Shown here: positions 1 to 10,751 of the stretch, one piece after another
Layout: each line of letters starts with the position of its first letter
How positions within the stretch are numbered: the first letter of the stretch is position 1
From: Oopsacas minuta
Lineage: Eukaryota > Animalia > Porifera
Reading direction: 5' to 3'
DNA: 24,242 nt
Assembly: GCA_024704765.1 (NCBI GenBank)
Contig: JAKMXF010000142.1
Span: 1-24,242 of the forward strand
Position numbers and translations under genes: made by a program
Notes under the pieces: generated by a model
Seen by the model: the letters and a program-made list of their open reading frames with translations, nothing else
Database searches by the model: none
What the model was told of the DNA's origin: nothing

Positions 1-170
1 CTAATAGTATTTTCGGATACAGCAACCCCGATATACCCTAAAAACACTCCAACAATCTGAGCCAAGAGATAGAAATATTTTTTTGTTGACCTGTGTAATG
101 TGCAAGTTCTTAGATAATTAGTATCATGAGCTACACAGAGAACTATAGGTAAGTATTATTGGTTCACCTA

Positions 171-227
171 AATACGAGCTTTTGGCACGTCGCTTCGTGA
201 TGAACTCGGTACCTTGCGTCAAGGTAT
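171..227 (-). repeat. Dispersed repeat with GC hairpin (copy 1), possibly a Helitron/Helentron-type end
   Basis: The reverse complement (TACCTTGACGCAAGGTACCGAGTTCATCACGAAGCGACGTGCCAAAAGCTCGTAT) matches 14466-14529 and 18968-19024. Confidence 0.6.
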
Positions 228-563
228 CAATTATTATCCAAATTGATGCGAAAATGGGATATGGCATATTTGTTAAAACCCTATATTGCCGTTGAGAGCA
301 AGTCAGCCTAGCCAGCTTTGGCATAGTGCTCGCGCACAGGTGCAGGTGACGCAAAATCGGGGCAGGAGGTAGGACATTACCTGATACAAAAAATACAAGT
401 GATTCATTTGCGCCACTTGCACCACTCTGTCTACGCTACGCCACAAGGGCAAGTCCACAGATATTATAATATTTGGTAATTTGTTTACTTTTAGGTACAT
501 AAAGTAAACAATTTCCAAAATTGACGTAGAATCATACTTTCAATGGTTATGCTGAGGTAATCG

Positions 564-645
564 AGTATGCTGAGTCCAAATATGGTACTGTAAACAACTA
601 TATTATTATATCTCAAATGTTGTTTGTCTGTTTGTTGTCCGTTGA
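564..645 (+). repeat. Dispersed repeat, second family segment
   Basis: AGTATGCTGAGTC.AAATA...TATTAT..ATCTCAA.TGTTGTTTGTCTGTTT.TTGTCCGTTGA recurs at 14384-14464 (+) and partly at 14831-14872 (-). Confidence 0.65.
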
Positions 646-928
646 TATGTAAATATATTGTTGTTTTTTGTTCGCTTAACGAACAGAATTAATTCCCCAG
701 GACTCGAGATACGAGCCATGCAAAAACAAATTTTTGGCGAGTAGATTTGGATAGTTTGTATCGTGACCTAGGTTAAATAATGCCTGTGCACTCACTTTGT
801 GAATTGGACCATGGATTAAAGGTAGGCTATTGTTCAAAAATGTATATTGGGTCAGTTGAGGAAGATTCCGTGAGGGAAGGGAAATCAGTAGGTCAAGGAA
901 GAAGGGCGTAAAACAAGATGAGGACAGG

Positions 929-1285
929 ATGAAATGTAAACAGAAACTCAAAGATGGAGTATACAATCCACTAGAATTTCTAAAAGCTATGAGCCTAACA
1001 ATAGGCAATGTTGTGAGTACTCAAGATGAAGCCTCAAGTAGGTCTGAAGATGAAGGTGTGATCGACGATACTCAAACAATGGAGAACCATTGTATTGTAT
1101 GCTTCGGACCACTGGAAACTTGGGTATTTATGCCATGCAGGCATGCAAATTGTTGCTCCGATTGCTGCCAAAATATAGAAAATCTAAGACAAATTTGTCC
1201 TATATGCCGCTTAACCATTGATTCAACTTTCAAGATATACACTAAATCATACTCCATACATCTACTTCATTTCGTTCGTATTTAA
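929..1285 (+). CDS. RING finger (C3HC4, IAP/Mdm2/MIB-like) ORF, possibly the 3' end of a degraded Mutator-like transposase gene
   Basis: CIVC-x11-PCRHANCCSDC-x10-CPICR at about 1091-1211. The in-frame upstream sequence has a stop near 858 (...WVS*GRFREGREISRSRKKGVKQDEDRMKCKQKLKDGVYNPLEFLKAMSLTIG). That upstream part resembles, from memory, C-termini of invertebrate MULE transposases. The RING call is firm; the MULE link is inference. Confidence 0.6.
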   Translation: MKCKQKLKDGVYNPLEFLKAMSLTIGNVVSTQDEASSRSEDEGVIDDTQTMENHCIVCFGPLETWVFMPCRHANCCSDCCQNIENLRQICPICRLTIDSTFKIYTKSYSIHLLHFVRI

Positions 1286-1470
1286 ATTTATGTATTACCT
1301 ATGTTTGTTAGAATAATCGATTAAATATAATCAATCTATTGAATGCAAAAAACATCAGTACTTTCGGAAAAGTGACAATATATTGAAAAATGATTCAGAT
1401 AAATGCAGCTTCCTCTGTCAGATATGTTAAATTTATGTTCAATGATTTAGAAATGATATTGGCATTATTA

Positions 1471-1784
1471 GGCCAAGTAAAAGTAATTACTTGTTTCTCA
1501 TCCGGAAATATTTCGGAACTGGTACGCGGCGGGCGGTATTGTATTTTTAATTTTATAATCCAGTTAATATATGAAATACTTTTGACCCTTCGATTATCTT
1601 GCCACATTCTCTCAGAGCATTAAAAATATTGAATTTTTGAACTATGCAAGTAGTAAGATGTGGATTGCACACCCTGTGACCATAGAAATATCCATAAATT
1701 CGGAAAAATAAAAATAAAACTTTCCGTACGGGGATAACATTTGAGACCGGCGGGATGAGAAACAAGATATTACTTTACATGGCC
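1471..1784. mobile_element. PIF/Harbinger-like (Tourist-type) MITE, 314 bp
   Basis: TIR of about 33 bp: GGCCAAGTAAAAGTAATTACTTGTTTCTCATCC versus rc GGCCATGTAAAGTAATATCTTGTTTCTCATCC. TTA target duplication at 1468-1470 and 1785-1787. Same family as 20949-21635. Confidence 0.8.
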
Positions 1785-1989
1785 TTATGAATATAAGGTA
1801 GGAAAATACAATAAAAATCTGAGTAGGTAAATGAGAATGTCAATAAATAGATAGGTACGAAGTCTATGTATAGAATTCACGTTCTTTATTAAAAAAGAGA
1901 TGAAACAGTTAGTGGCTTATGTGATTAACTTTTCTAGGATATCCCAAACAACTGTATCACAAACTCGGACAGCTATCCTCCAGCTTTGA

Positions 1990-3440
1990 CTCTCTTCTTC
2001 AATAACTTTTAGCGTAATTTTCACTATAAGTTGTATAGATGGTCCCGTGACCATTTTTTAAAAAAGTAGAGAGCGATCTTCAATCGATTTACAAATCTTC
2101 CAAAAGGATTCAATAACTTCGATTCACAAGTGGATAGCGGTTTCAGTGGTCAATTAAATTGCAAGAGTGTAAGCTGAGTCGAGTGATTCCCCAATTTGGA
2201 TTTCTTCATCTTCGGTCAGAAAAGATAAACAGACTTGACAACGGTTTGATATCTTAATGTAAGAATGAACAGTGTACCCAGCAACAAATGCAAGAGCTTG
2301 AAGTGTTTATGTAAAAACAGTAATATCTGAATAATTAAGGAATTTCTGAACAACAAACATTGAGGGTCGAGGTTGTAGAATTATCAAAAACTCAATGCTA
2401 ATTTGACATTCTGCCACTCGATACTTGAAGGCAAACATACCTTTGCTGTTAAGCGGGGAGCAAATATTGCTAGAGAGTAGAGACAATTGATCAGCTTTGT
2501 ACATAACTCGAATAATTTCGAAAGAGGCAGAAAGAATTTGGGAAATCTTCAAAGCTCGGAAAAACAAACGTACAATTGACATCTTTCTCGTTTAGCCAGT
2601 TGTTCTGAATTGATTTCAGGATATGCACAAAATCAAATAGTAAGATTTACATTTGGATCAAGAATATGGGGAACAATGGGCTCCCAAATATGGGCTGGGG
2701 AAACATCTTGAAAATGTTCACGTTTATAGGATAGTTATCTGTACATACACCATTAACATACAATCCACAACGCTCGATATTTTCTATCACTTGCTTGATG
2801 ACAGGGAATATATCCATTGCAGATGAATTTGAACATGGTAATAGTCGAACGATGGTTGACCACTTTTTAGATAAGCTACAACTCATAAATCAACATCCGA
2901 TACAACCGGTTGAATGAAATGGGGTTGATTCTCATCAGTAGGCCACAGTATCCACTGCATTAGAAGAGAATACGGACAAGCTTATACTTTAAATCTTCAT
3001 ATCGACGCGTTGAAAATTATCTTCATCAATGCTTTTCTGCTCCATACTCAGTTCAATCCAAGAGCCAGGTGATCATGATATTTGGTGTTTAAGTCTAACC
3101 GAGTTGACTGAGTACTTGTCCATTGGGTTGAGTTGAATATGTAGCTGGGGCAACATGGCAAAGCAGGTAACTGCAAGTGGGCAAAGTCAAGGGAGACTGC
3201 ATTACTCTTGAAAGATGGGACGGTTGGGTTGAGGTATACTAAAGAAAAACTCACATCTTCATCACGGAAATTTTGTAGGCAGACGTAAATCCTCTTAATT
3301 TCCTCAATAAATTCTCTGTGAAGAAATTGTTTCCATTGAGAAACTATGCGAGGTGGACCACTAAGCATCTTGAAAATGGGTGTGTGTGGTTCACCTTCAT
3401 AGTTACTCCTACAACCAGGAGCAGAACATTTATTTAGCAT
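1990..3440 (-). pseudogene. THAP-domain P-superfamily (THAP9/Galileo-like) transposase, internally deleted and frameshifted
   Basis: THAP domain MLNKCSAPGCRSNY...W...VCLQNF (zinc-binding His replaced by Asn) at 3440-3260. Catalytic-region motif VNGVCTDNYPINVNIFKMF in 2886-2647. C-terminal motif LQALAFVAGYTVHSYIKISNRCQVCLSFL at about 2300-2215. Several frameshifts and stops; the left boundary is approximate. Confidence 0.8.
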
Positions 3441-3544
3441 TAAGACAGAAAAGTGTAATAGAAAAATTCTAATTTGAACAAAAGAACAAGTGTGGGAAAT
3501 AGAAAGGAAAAATATGAATTAGACCGTGACCTACGTTATAATAA

Positions 3545-3697
3545 GGCCTGTTCACTAGTACGATTTTTTGGACCATGGATGTCGTTTAAGTCCATTAAAT
3601 TTTATTTCAAATAATCATGTATTTGATGTTATTCACCCAAATCGTGAACTTAAAAATTGTTCTTAGGCGATTTTNCAATTATATATATATTCAGGCC
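3545..3697. mobile_element. Short Harbinger-like MITE candidate
   Basis: TAA|GGCCTGTTCACTA...TTCAGGCC|AAA. A related terminus TAA|GGCCTGATCACTA lies at 10683. The TIR match is short and the TSD imperfect. Confidence 0.4.
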
Positions 3698-3707
3698 AAA
3701 AAGTGCA

Positions 3708-3821
3708 GTTTAAATCTTATCACAACTAATATATCTCCATTATTTCCTTAGAACTGACTTACCCAATCCCTGGTCCAAGTCCATTAATCAGCACCATTGC
3801 CTTAGTGTATAGAATGCTATG
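3708..3821 (-). mobile_element. 114-bp terminal inverted repeat of a P/Galileo-like element (terminus at 3821)
   Basis: Reverse complement of 23611-23724 with 2 mismatches. It ends ...TAGTGTATAGAATGCTATG, followed directly by CCCGTAC (3822-3828). It lies 381 bp upstream of the THAP ATG. Confidence 0.75.
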
Positions 3822-4019
3822 CCCGTACCATTGGGAGGGGATTAGGGATTTAGTTCACTACCTTATGGATCTGAGTACTCATTTGTACTCGTTATTAAGC
3901 TACCTAGGGGCGGGATGTGGACTTCATGGTGATTTTGTGTTTGGATGCACTTTTGTTGGAGTAATTATTAGAAAAGATTGCAGAATTGCGGATCGTTGGA
4001 TTATTTGTTTTTACATTTG

Positions 4020-4103
4020 TGACAACAGTCTAAAAATCGATTCTGACTTGTGACAACTAAGGATATTCTGACTAATGACAACTTCGAAATTCTGACTAGT
4101 GAA
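4020..4103. repeat. Arm of a small inverted-repeat element with about 3 degenerate 24-25 bp tandem units (ATTCTGACT..TGACAAC)
   Basis: 4065-4103 is the reverse complement of 23498-23536 (38/39 identical). Confidence 0.75.
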
Positions 4104-4206
4104 TGCGCTTCATTACTGAAAAATACATAATGATATGAACCATGGTATTTAGTACATATTAACACAGCACAAGGTATTAAAATAAAAATAGAGCTCTTCG
4201 CTTTCT

Positions 4207-4314
4207 AGGTCGCTTCACGACGTGAGTCACCTACGCGGAACTTAGTGCCTCAATTGCACTAATGATGAAACATCGAAAAAAGATTCAGAAATAATATCAT
4301 GGTCCAGATTGAGG
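4207..4314 (+). repeat. Dispersed repeat terminus shared with 13342-13401
   Basis: AGGT(C/A)GCTTCACGAC...GAG and GGTCCAGATT(G/A)AGG occur at both sites in the same order. Confidence 0.45.
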
Positions 4315-4851
4315 TGTGTCTATTTTTGGTACTCTAAGTTGACAATATAGTCAGTCCGCACCAATAGGATGTGTAAGTCGGGAATACGAGCCTCAAGTAT
4401 TAAGTAGATTCAGAAAATTTGCGATTTTTAAAATGAGTGCCATTTGTCTAAAATGATGATGTCATGGCATGCCATGTGCAAGTTAGACTGGTGATTCAAT
4501 TTTCAATCATCTCGAAAAATACAAAAGTCACTAACATATAAACTGTCAAATGTGTGAATTTTCGTCAAATAGGGCATGGCCCTGCCAACTCCATCTCCTG
4601 GTATACGTATTAACGAGAGTCTAATGTACAAGAATAGAATAAGAATACACAAGAAAAGAAAGATAATTTGATATACAAAAGAAATAATTACATATGATAA
4701 TTTCAATACATACAAATAGTTGCAGATTTGAATTGTTAGATAATCAAATATACAAACAAAATAGATTAATTTAATCATTAACAACTTGTGACAGAAGTGA
4801 TCTCTTTGAATAAGTAATATACTAGCATTAAGTGATAAGAATTAATGGAAT

Positions 4852-7800
4852 TTAGCGACAACCACAGGCAGCTACTTGCATATCCAGATACACCTTCATA
4901 ACATATCTTCTGGTAATAGGATCTGAATAGATTAAGGTTAGAGGATTGAGTTGTGTTGGAGTACAGCATACAGATGGTACAGAAGGCTCATTCAAATGAA
5001 ATAAAGAATTCTGTAAGATAGAATGATTGGTAGCATTGAAATGAGATAATAAGGGGATAGGACACATTCCATAGCAGTAATTAAGGTAGTAACCTTTTGG
5101 GTACAAAACCCAATTAGACCATCCAATTTCATTAAAACTAATATAAAGATTATGTTTCTGACATTGATCTGAGTCAGGAGGATAATCTGGAATGTCATTA
5201 GAGGAGCGTCTATTCCTAATAAAAACATCTAATCATCTCGCCATAATACAGTACAAATATGATTTAACAATTATTTATATTAATTAATTAAAAGTATCGT
5301 GTCAAATCACGGATAAGTTGGCAAGTATCCTAGAGACATGGATATTAATGAGAAATTATTTCACCCCTGGAGTGCACAAGAGTACTATAAATCAATAATA
5401 GTGGGGTTCCAATGCATCTATTACTTAGAGGCATTGTAAAGTTAAACTTTGGTTTAATCTTGAAGGTTAGTATCTAAATAACATTTTTGGACTGAGTAGA
5501 CAAACATCAGAAAGAATTGATGCACTCGGGGGTATGGACTTCGAGGGGACTAACTATTGCATGACTGTCCCTGTCATACAATAGTTTGTCCCCTCAAAGT
5601 AGGTACGACCGGACCATATATGGCAATGGATGGTCCCCATGTAGTGTAATGTACCCCAGAATAATCCCAATAATGAAGAATTAAGGGACTAATTCTCTAA
5701 AGAGATATATATAGGGCTTTCCCTGGTTGTGTTGTCCTCCAAGTTATATAATTGGAGTATATTATAACTTGATCTGGGTGTTATATGGGATATTATCTCA
5801 AATTATTTACTAATCAATCTTCTAATTATAGTATTTGTGGATTTCTATCTATTTGTATGTAACTGAGAGATGTTCAAGGGATTAACTTACATCTTTATTA
5901 TGAATTACATGTTTGTACTCCAGGCAAAATACTGAGTGAATTTAATAGAGTGACCCATTTGGCCTTGGTAGCCCTTGTAAAGCCTGCAATAAACATCGTG
6001 AAGAGCATTTAATATAATAAAAAGAGGGGAACCAAATTTTAAGGGCGAACCATCCGACCGGACCATTTAAAGCGGTGGACCAATAAAGCGTGACACTCCC
6101 CACCAAATGAAATATGTTACAGTATAGTGTATGAATAGTTGTATAAATTGGAAATACGACCTTTCGGGTAGAGGACGCTCTGAGCTACATTTATGCAAAT
6201 TTGAGCAAATCAAACGTATAAATAATTTTCGAGGTAAGATCATGCAAAGTGGCTGAGCCACAATGAATAGTGGCCTTGGACCACAGGACCCCAAAAGCCA
6301 CATTTTCGTATTTGGTTCAAATTGTCAGGATTAGTTCGTCTAGATGATGTGGACGTGGTTGGACACGTGTTTTTGAAGTGACAAACCTTTAACGTGTAGT
6401 AAACCCGTTTCGTGACATGCGTTATAGACCAGCTGATTACTTGAGGTTTATAGCACTCATTAATGTGTCATTGGTTAGTAAACTGATTTTTAGATGTGTT
6501 ACAAACCATAACAGTAGGTATCCATTGATTATTGACCAGATATATTAAGAAGCAGATACATGGATACATTGATGTGATCAAAGAATAAATTACCTAATTA
6601 GCACTTGAACGATTCAAATGGATAACGGGGCTCTGATTAACACACGGTCCTAAAAGTATGAATCTACTAGATTATCAAGTGCTAAATAAATAATCTAATT
6701 CAAACTTCAAAATTATCACTGAATAAGAAGAACCAAGAAACTGAATTGATCAGCTGATATATATATTGTGAAGTATTGTGGAATTATGGACCTTTAAGTG
6801 GCGGTTAGCCACTTAAAGGTCCATAATCCCAAAATACACGTACAATCAATATTTGCTTTGAGCCACGTACATATATCATCTATACAAACAAATTGTCAGG
6901 GTTGTATTCGCCTATGTATAGAATAGAAATATGTAGGTAGTTAAGATAAGAATACCGTTTTCTAGAAGATGGATCTTATATTGGAGATGCTCTTATAACC
7001 GTGTATTCTTATTAGCGTTACCAACAAGTATTAACATTATTTGTTTATTAAGAATTAAATCAAGAACCCTACTTTAGAGTGCCCCCTTCAGAAACCTTTA
7101 GGACAATCGGTCATTTTCCATAAACAGTGCTCAACAATTAATGTTTTACTTATATATCGCGGATATATATCTTTATATACTGGCACCTCTTGTCCACCTA
7201 AAAATTCACAATCCATGTCTCTAGATTCATGCTGTATTCAACAACGACTTCTATTATAGTAGCATTGTAATAATACAATACTTACCTGTGATGATGTTGC
7301 CAGTAAACACTTGAGGTTTGTTTATCTTGGGAATATAAAATAAGTTTCGCTGATATATCCAAAGTATATTCTTTGTCAGCCAAAATAAATAATGTTAATA
7401 ATCCGTCTCTTATTAACTTAGATAATTTCTTTAGAGGAATAAGATAATTCTTATTTGATAATAATTTCTTATCTGTAAAGAGATTAACGATATTTCCTTT
7501 AAAGACAGCTAGCACGGTTAGAGGATAGAGTTCAGTAATTTGATCTCCTAATATCTTAACATGAACATATCCAGTGATAAATTTATCACTCAGGAGGGAG
7601 ATATTAAAATTGTAAGTTTGAAGCAGATATCGATAACCAAAATCCCCTAAAAGTAAAGAAAAAGATCCGTATTATATATGTACAAAGCTAACTAGAAGAA
7701 CCCTTATTTTCACAACATGGGTATTTTCAGTTAACCGCAGCAATTGTCTGCTAACCGGTAGCAGGTCTACCGAATATCAACTAGTCTTGTAAAATCTGTG

Positions 7801-9093
7801 AGAATTTTAAACTATATAGTATTTAGAACAAATATAACCGAGAAAGAGGTACTCATAGGCTAAATTGGTCACTTTTACAAACGAAATCAGGAAACACAGA
7901 AACAAAAAATGAAAAAATCAGAAAAGATCGTAAAATGCAATATAAATAACATGTTTAGCCAATACAGAGCTATTTCTTGTAATCAATGAATTCAAACATA
8001 ACCTGCTAGGTTACAAGCCTCACCGGTTTTACATGACTACTTGCCATTAGGTAGAAAAACTTTGGTAATTTATTCAATTTTCCCATTTTGTGAGTTGAAT
8101 TCTATAAAATTGTGAAGTGATGCATATGGAATTCAGATTCGGACTCAGCATAGTTGATAGAACTGCTAGTAGCCCATAAACCAAGGGAAAAGGAAAAAGT
8201 CCATACCGAAGGAAGTCTGTCGGGGGGATGGCAGAAGGAGATCTGAATCTGATTCATAGGGCAGAACCAGCGGAGCAAGACGTTATCCACAAAGGGACAC
8301 CTCCAGGTTGGCATCGTAACACAATAGACTGGAAATAAGCAGCCTTATGGGCCTTTTCCTGTGACCCATCCCCTTGAAGTATCGTACAGTAGATGGGGTG
8401 ATGCATGGGCTACTACAATGCGGCTATACATGCTGACAAATTATAGTAAAATATAAGAATACAATTTTATAAATCCCATTAAAGAAAAAATAATCCTTCA
8501 ATGTTTGCGAATTGAACCTTTTTAGGGTAAAACGTCCTAGGAATCAATTTAGATTTATTAAAAGTTCAAACAGCCATGCTTCATCTAGTTTAGGCTCAAT
8601 TCAAAATATGACATCATAGTGTAGAAATTCATTAGTGAATTTTTAATGAATATCGCATTACTTACATTCCATTAATATATTATTTCCGGGAAACCAATAT
8701 GACCGTTGGACCCCCAAATGGTCATATTGGATACAAATACAGATTCTTAAAGGTATGTATAATGGAAACAATCAACAACAAACCTCTCAACGTAGAGATA
8801 GGATACAAGGTCTGTATAGAATTCGCGAATATTTTCTTATTTCCATAACCAAGCAAATTCATCGCCTTCATAGGATCCTGTTGAGCTCTATTAATCACCT
8901 TATTATATAGACGTACCATAAAACTTGGTAGTTGAGAGTCGTCTGGCCAGTTTGAATGGTTCTTGTCCATATTTGTACCGTCCATCACACCAAGTTTAGA
9001 AGCCAAAATAAGAGATACAGGAGATGTCATCAAAGTATTTGATGAAGTATAATGTAACAGATTCAAGAGACATAGAAACACAAGTATGAGCAT
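4852..9093 (-). CDS. TGF-beta superfamily ligand, BMP-like; 3 exons (9093-8784, 7646-7286, 5215-4852), 344 aa
   Basis: The exons join in frame through GT-AG introns (phases 1 and 2; 1035 nt total). Signal peptide MLILVFLCLLNLLHYTSS; prodomain motifs LPSFMVRLY and ANSIQTL; furin site RNRR/S. The mature domain has 7 conserved Cys: CQKHNLYISFNEIGWSNWVLYPKGYYLNYCYGMC...NATNHSILQ...CCTPTQLNPLTLIY...DMQVAACGCR. Confidence 0.93.
5572..6095. mobile_element. TGTCA...TGACA-terminated non-autonomous element (Ginger/TDD-like or solo LTR) in TGF-beta intron 2
   Basis: TGTCA start, GCGTGACA end, sub-terminal GGACC/GGTCC motifs. Flanks GTCCC/CTCCC (4/5 match). Similar end at 10426. Confidence 0.4.
6773..6837. 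repeat. 65-bp near-perfect palindrome (30-bp stem, 5-nt loop)
   Basis: ATTATGGACCTTTAAGTGGC-GGTTA-GCCACTTAAAGGTCCATAAT is a perfect 20-bp stem that extends to 30 bp with 2 mismatches. Confidence 0.9.
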
Positions 9094-9299
9094 AGTTGAA
9101 CTTATCCCAACTCACATATTAGTAAATATCTATAAATTGACATGAATACTCAAAAATTGTTGAATTAACACATTTTTCACATGAACAGTAAACCTTTTGA
9201 AGTACAGCACAAGCGGTTACTCTCGATTGTGCCGCATCATGAGGTTACCTGTAGCGAATAATGAATGTGCAGTATTACATCGTCAGTACAAACACGGTT

Positions 9300-9460
9300 T
9301 ATACGAATTTTCGAATAACACGAACAAATATTTACACAAAATCAGGTCCCTACTATGTTTTTCAATTGATATTGCTCCAGTTAATACTACGTACTCCGGA
9401 GAAGAAGTATAAAATTTCGAAGGCCCACTCGTGTACGCATTTAAACGAAGTTGGACTGTA
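9300..9460 (+). repeat. Diverged internal segment of the Harbinger-like MITE family
   Basis: ATACGAATTT...ACGAACAA...AATCAGGTCCCTAC...TTCAAT.GATATT.CTCC...ACTCCGGA is shared with 21073-21170. Confidence 0.55.
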
Positions 9461-9829
9461 TTTGAAGTGCAATGCTAACTTCCCAGTTAGTGACGGACGT
9501 CAAGGTTTTCTGATGACAGAAGGTTACTAAGATCATTGTTAGCCTGTTAGGAAAAAGTGTGCCTAGATTTCTTTTAGGAAGAAGAGTGATTTCGTAAAAT
9601 ATTTTTGAATAACTCCCAAAACATGGAAAGAGATATTGGCAAGGTAAGGCCAGGTTCGTTAGCTAATTCGATAAAAATGTCATATGCTCTGCCAGTAACT
9701 CTCCAAGATACACCCGTCAGGAACCAAGGGGTGTCTAAAATCTCCGTCCACGAGGCAGACCATGCTGGCCGAAAGATTTCAAATCCTCGTGTCAAATAGT
9801 GGAGATAAAATGAAACCATTAATTGATCT

Positions 9830-10426
9830 CCTCGGACCAATTTTGGTTGCCAAATTTGCTCTGGGAGACCAGTTTTAGCCAGCCAAATTGGTCCTGGGCA
9901 GGACAGTATTAACTCATTTGAGTTGGCAAAATCAACTCATTTTCTTGAATGAGTTGAAAGTTATCGAATGAATTAGTTGTATGAATTGATAACGCAAATC
10001 GGGACTGGAGGTATGAAAAGTAAGTACACTATCTGTGCCAAGAATGGTAAATCATCTAGTGAATTGATGTAACAATTAATTTTGTTTCCACCGTAACAGC
10101 ATTGCTTCAGTAATAATGTCTTAAACTTATTATTTCATATTTAACTCGTATCTTGGTTATAAAATGAGTTAGCAAAATCAAATCATTATTTAAAATGAGT
10201 TGAATGAGTTTGTAGCGGCAAAATGAATGAGTTGAACTATTTGGCTAAAGAAAAGTGAATAAGTTAGTAGACAAAAATGAGTATTTTTGCCAACTCAAAA
10301 TGAGTTGATACAGCCCTGATAGGAGGGGACCATTTTTGGCAACGAAAAGTGGTTCGAGGGAGCAAATTTGGCAGCCATGATTGTCCAGCCGGACCACTAT
10401 TGGCCCATACCAATTTTGGCGTGACA
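9830..10426. mobile_element. Inverted-repeat element with GGACC/GGTCC units (host of a nested MITE)
   Basis: 9830-9898 is a diverged reverse complement of about 10321-10395 (GG.TGCCAAATTTGCTC...CCA.TTTT...GCCAAA.TTGGTCC). The right end is GGCGTGACA; the left end is uncertain (possibly TGTCA at 9790). Confidence 0.5.
9899..10318. mobile_element. hAT-like MITE nested in the preceding element
   Basis: TIR CAGGACAGTATTAACTCATTTGAGTTGGCAAAA versus rc CAGGGCTGTATCAACTCATTTTGAGTTGGCAAAA, with internal AATGAGTT subrepeats. No clear TSD. Confidence 0.65.
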
Positions 10427-10751
10427 AGGCGGTTCTAATACGATACATAGTTTTCTATTGCAGAGGAATACAAATAACAATAAACATACATTTTCATTAT
10501 TCGTTATTTAGAAGTATTAGGCATAGTTTTTGACGAAAAGATTTCAAGAAAACCATCAAATAGAGATTGAAAGATGATATAATAACAAAATCGATGTGGT
10601 AATATAAAATCCAAGCTGTCAAGATAAAGCATATGAATTTTATTGAATAGTAGTTGATATAAGCATAGCCTACGAAAGATAAGGCCTGATCACTAAGTCC
10701 ATTTCACTGGACCAGTGATAAAAGGAAGTAGATATATTTTTACCAATACTA

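Noticed and set aside
124-1008. ORFs 124-354, 303-518 and 676-1008
   Set aside because: No recognisable domains; they overlap repeats or are antisense to the RING-associated frame.
1778-3550. Apparent P-element TIR pair CATGGCCTTATGAATATAAGGTAGG / rc CAGGCCTTATTATAACGTAGG around the THAP transposase
   Set aside because: Both GGCC-containing ends are better explained as termini plus TWA target sites of Harbinger-like MITEs (1471-1784 and 3545-3697), and no flanking TSD matches.
4020-4103. CRISPR-like repeats
   Set aside because: Only about 3 degenerate units with no unique spacers, in a eukaryotic context, and explained as a MITE arm.
4503-5228. ORFs 4503-4784, 4778-4969 and 4992-5228
   Set aside because: Alternative frames of the TGF-beta last exon, or AT-rich 3' flank with low-complexity translations.
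9197-9840. ORFs 9197-9412, 9261-9530, 9574-9840 and 9605-9799
   Set aside because: Short, with no motifs; they partly overlap a MITE-derived segment.
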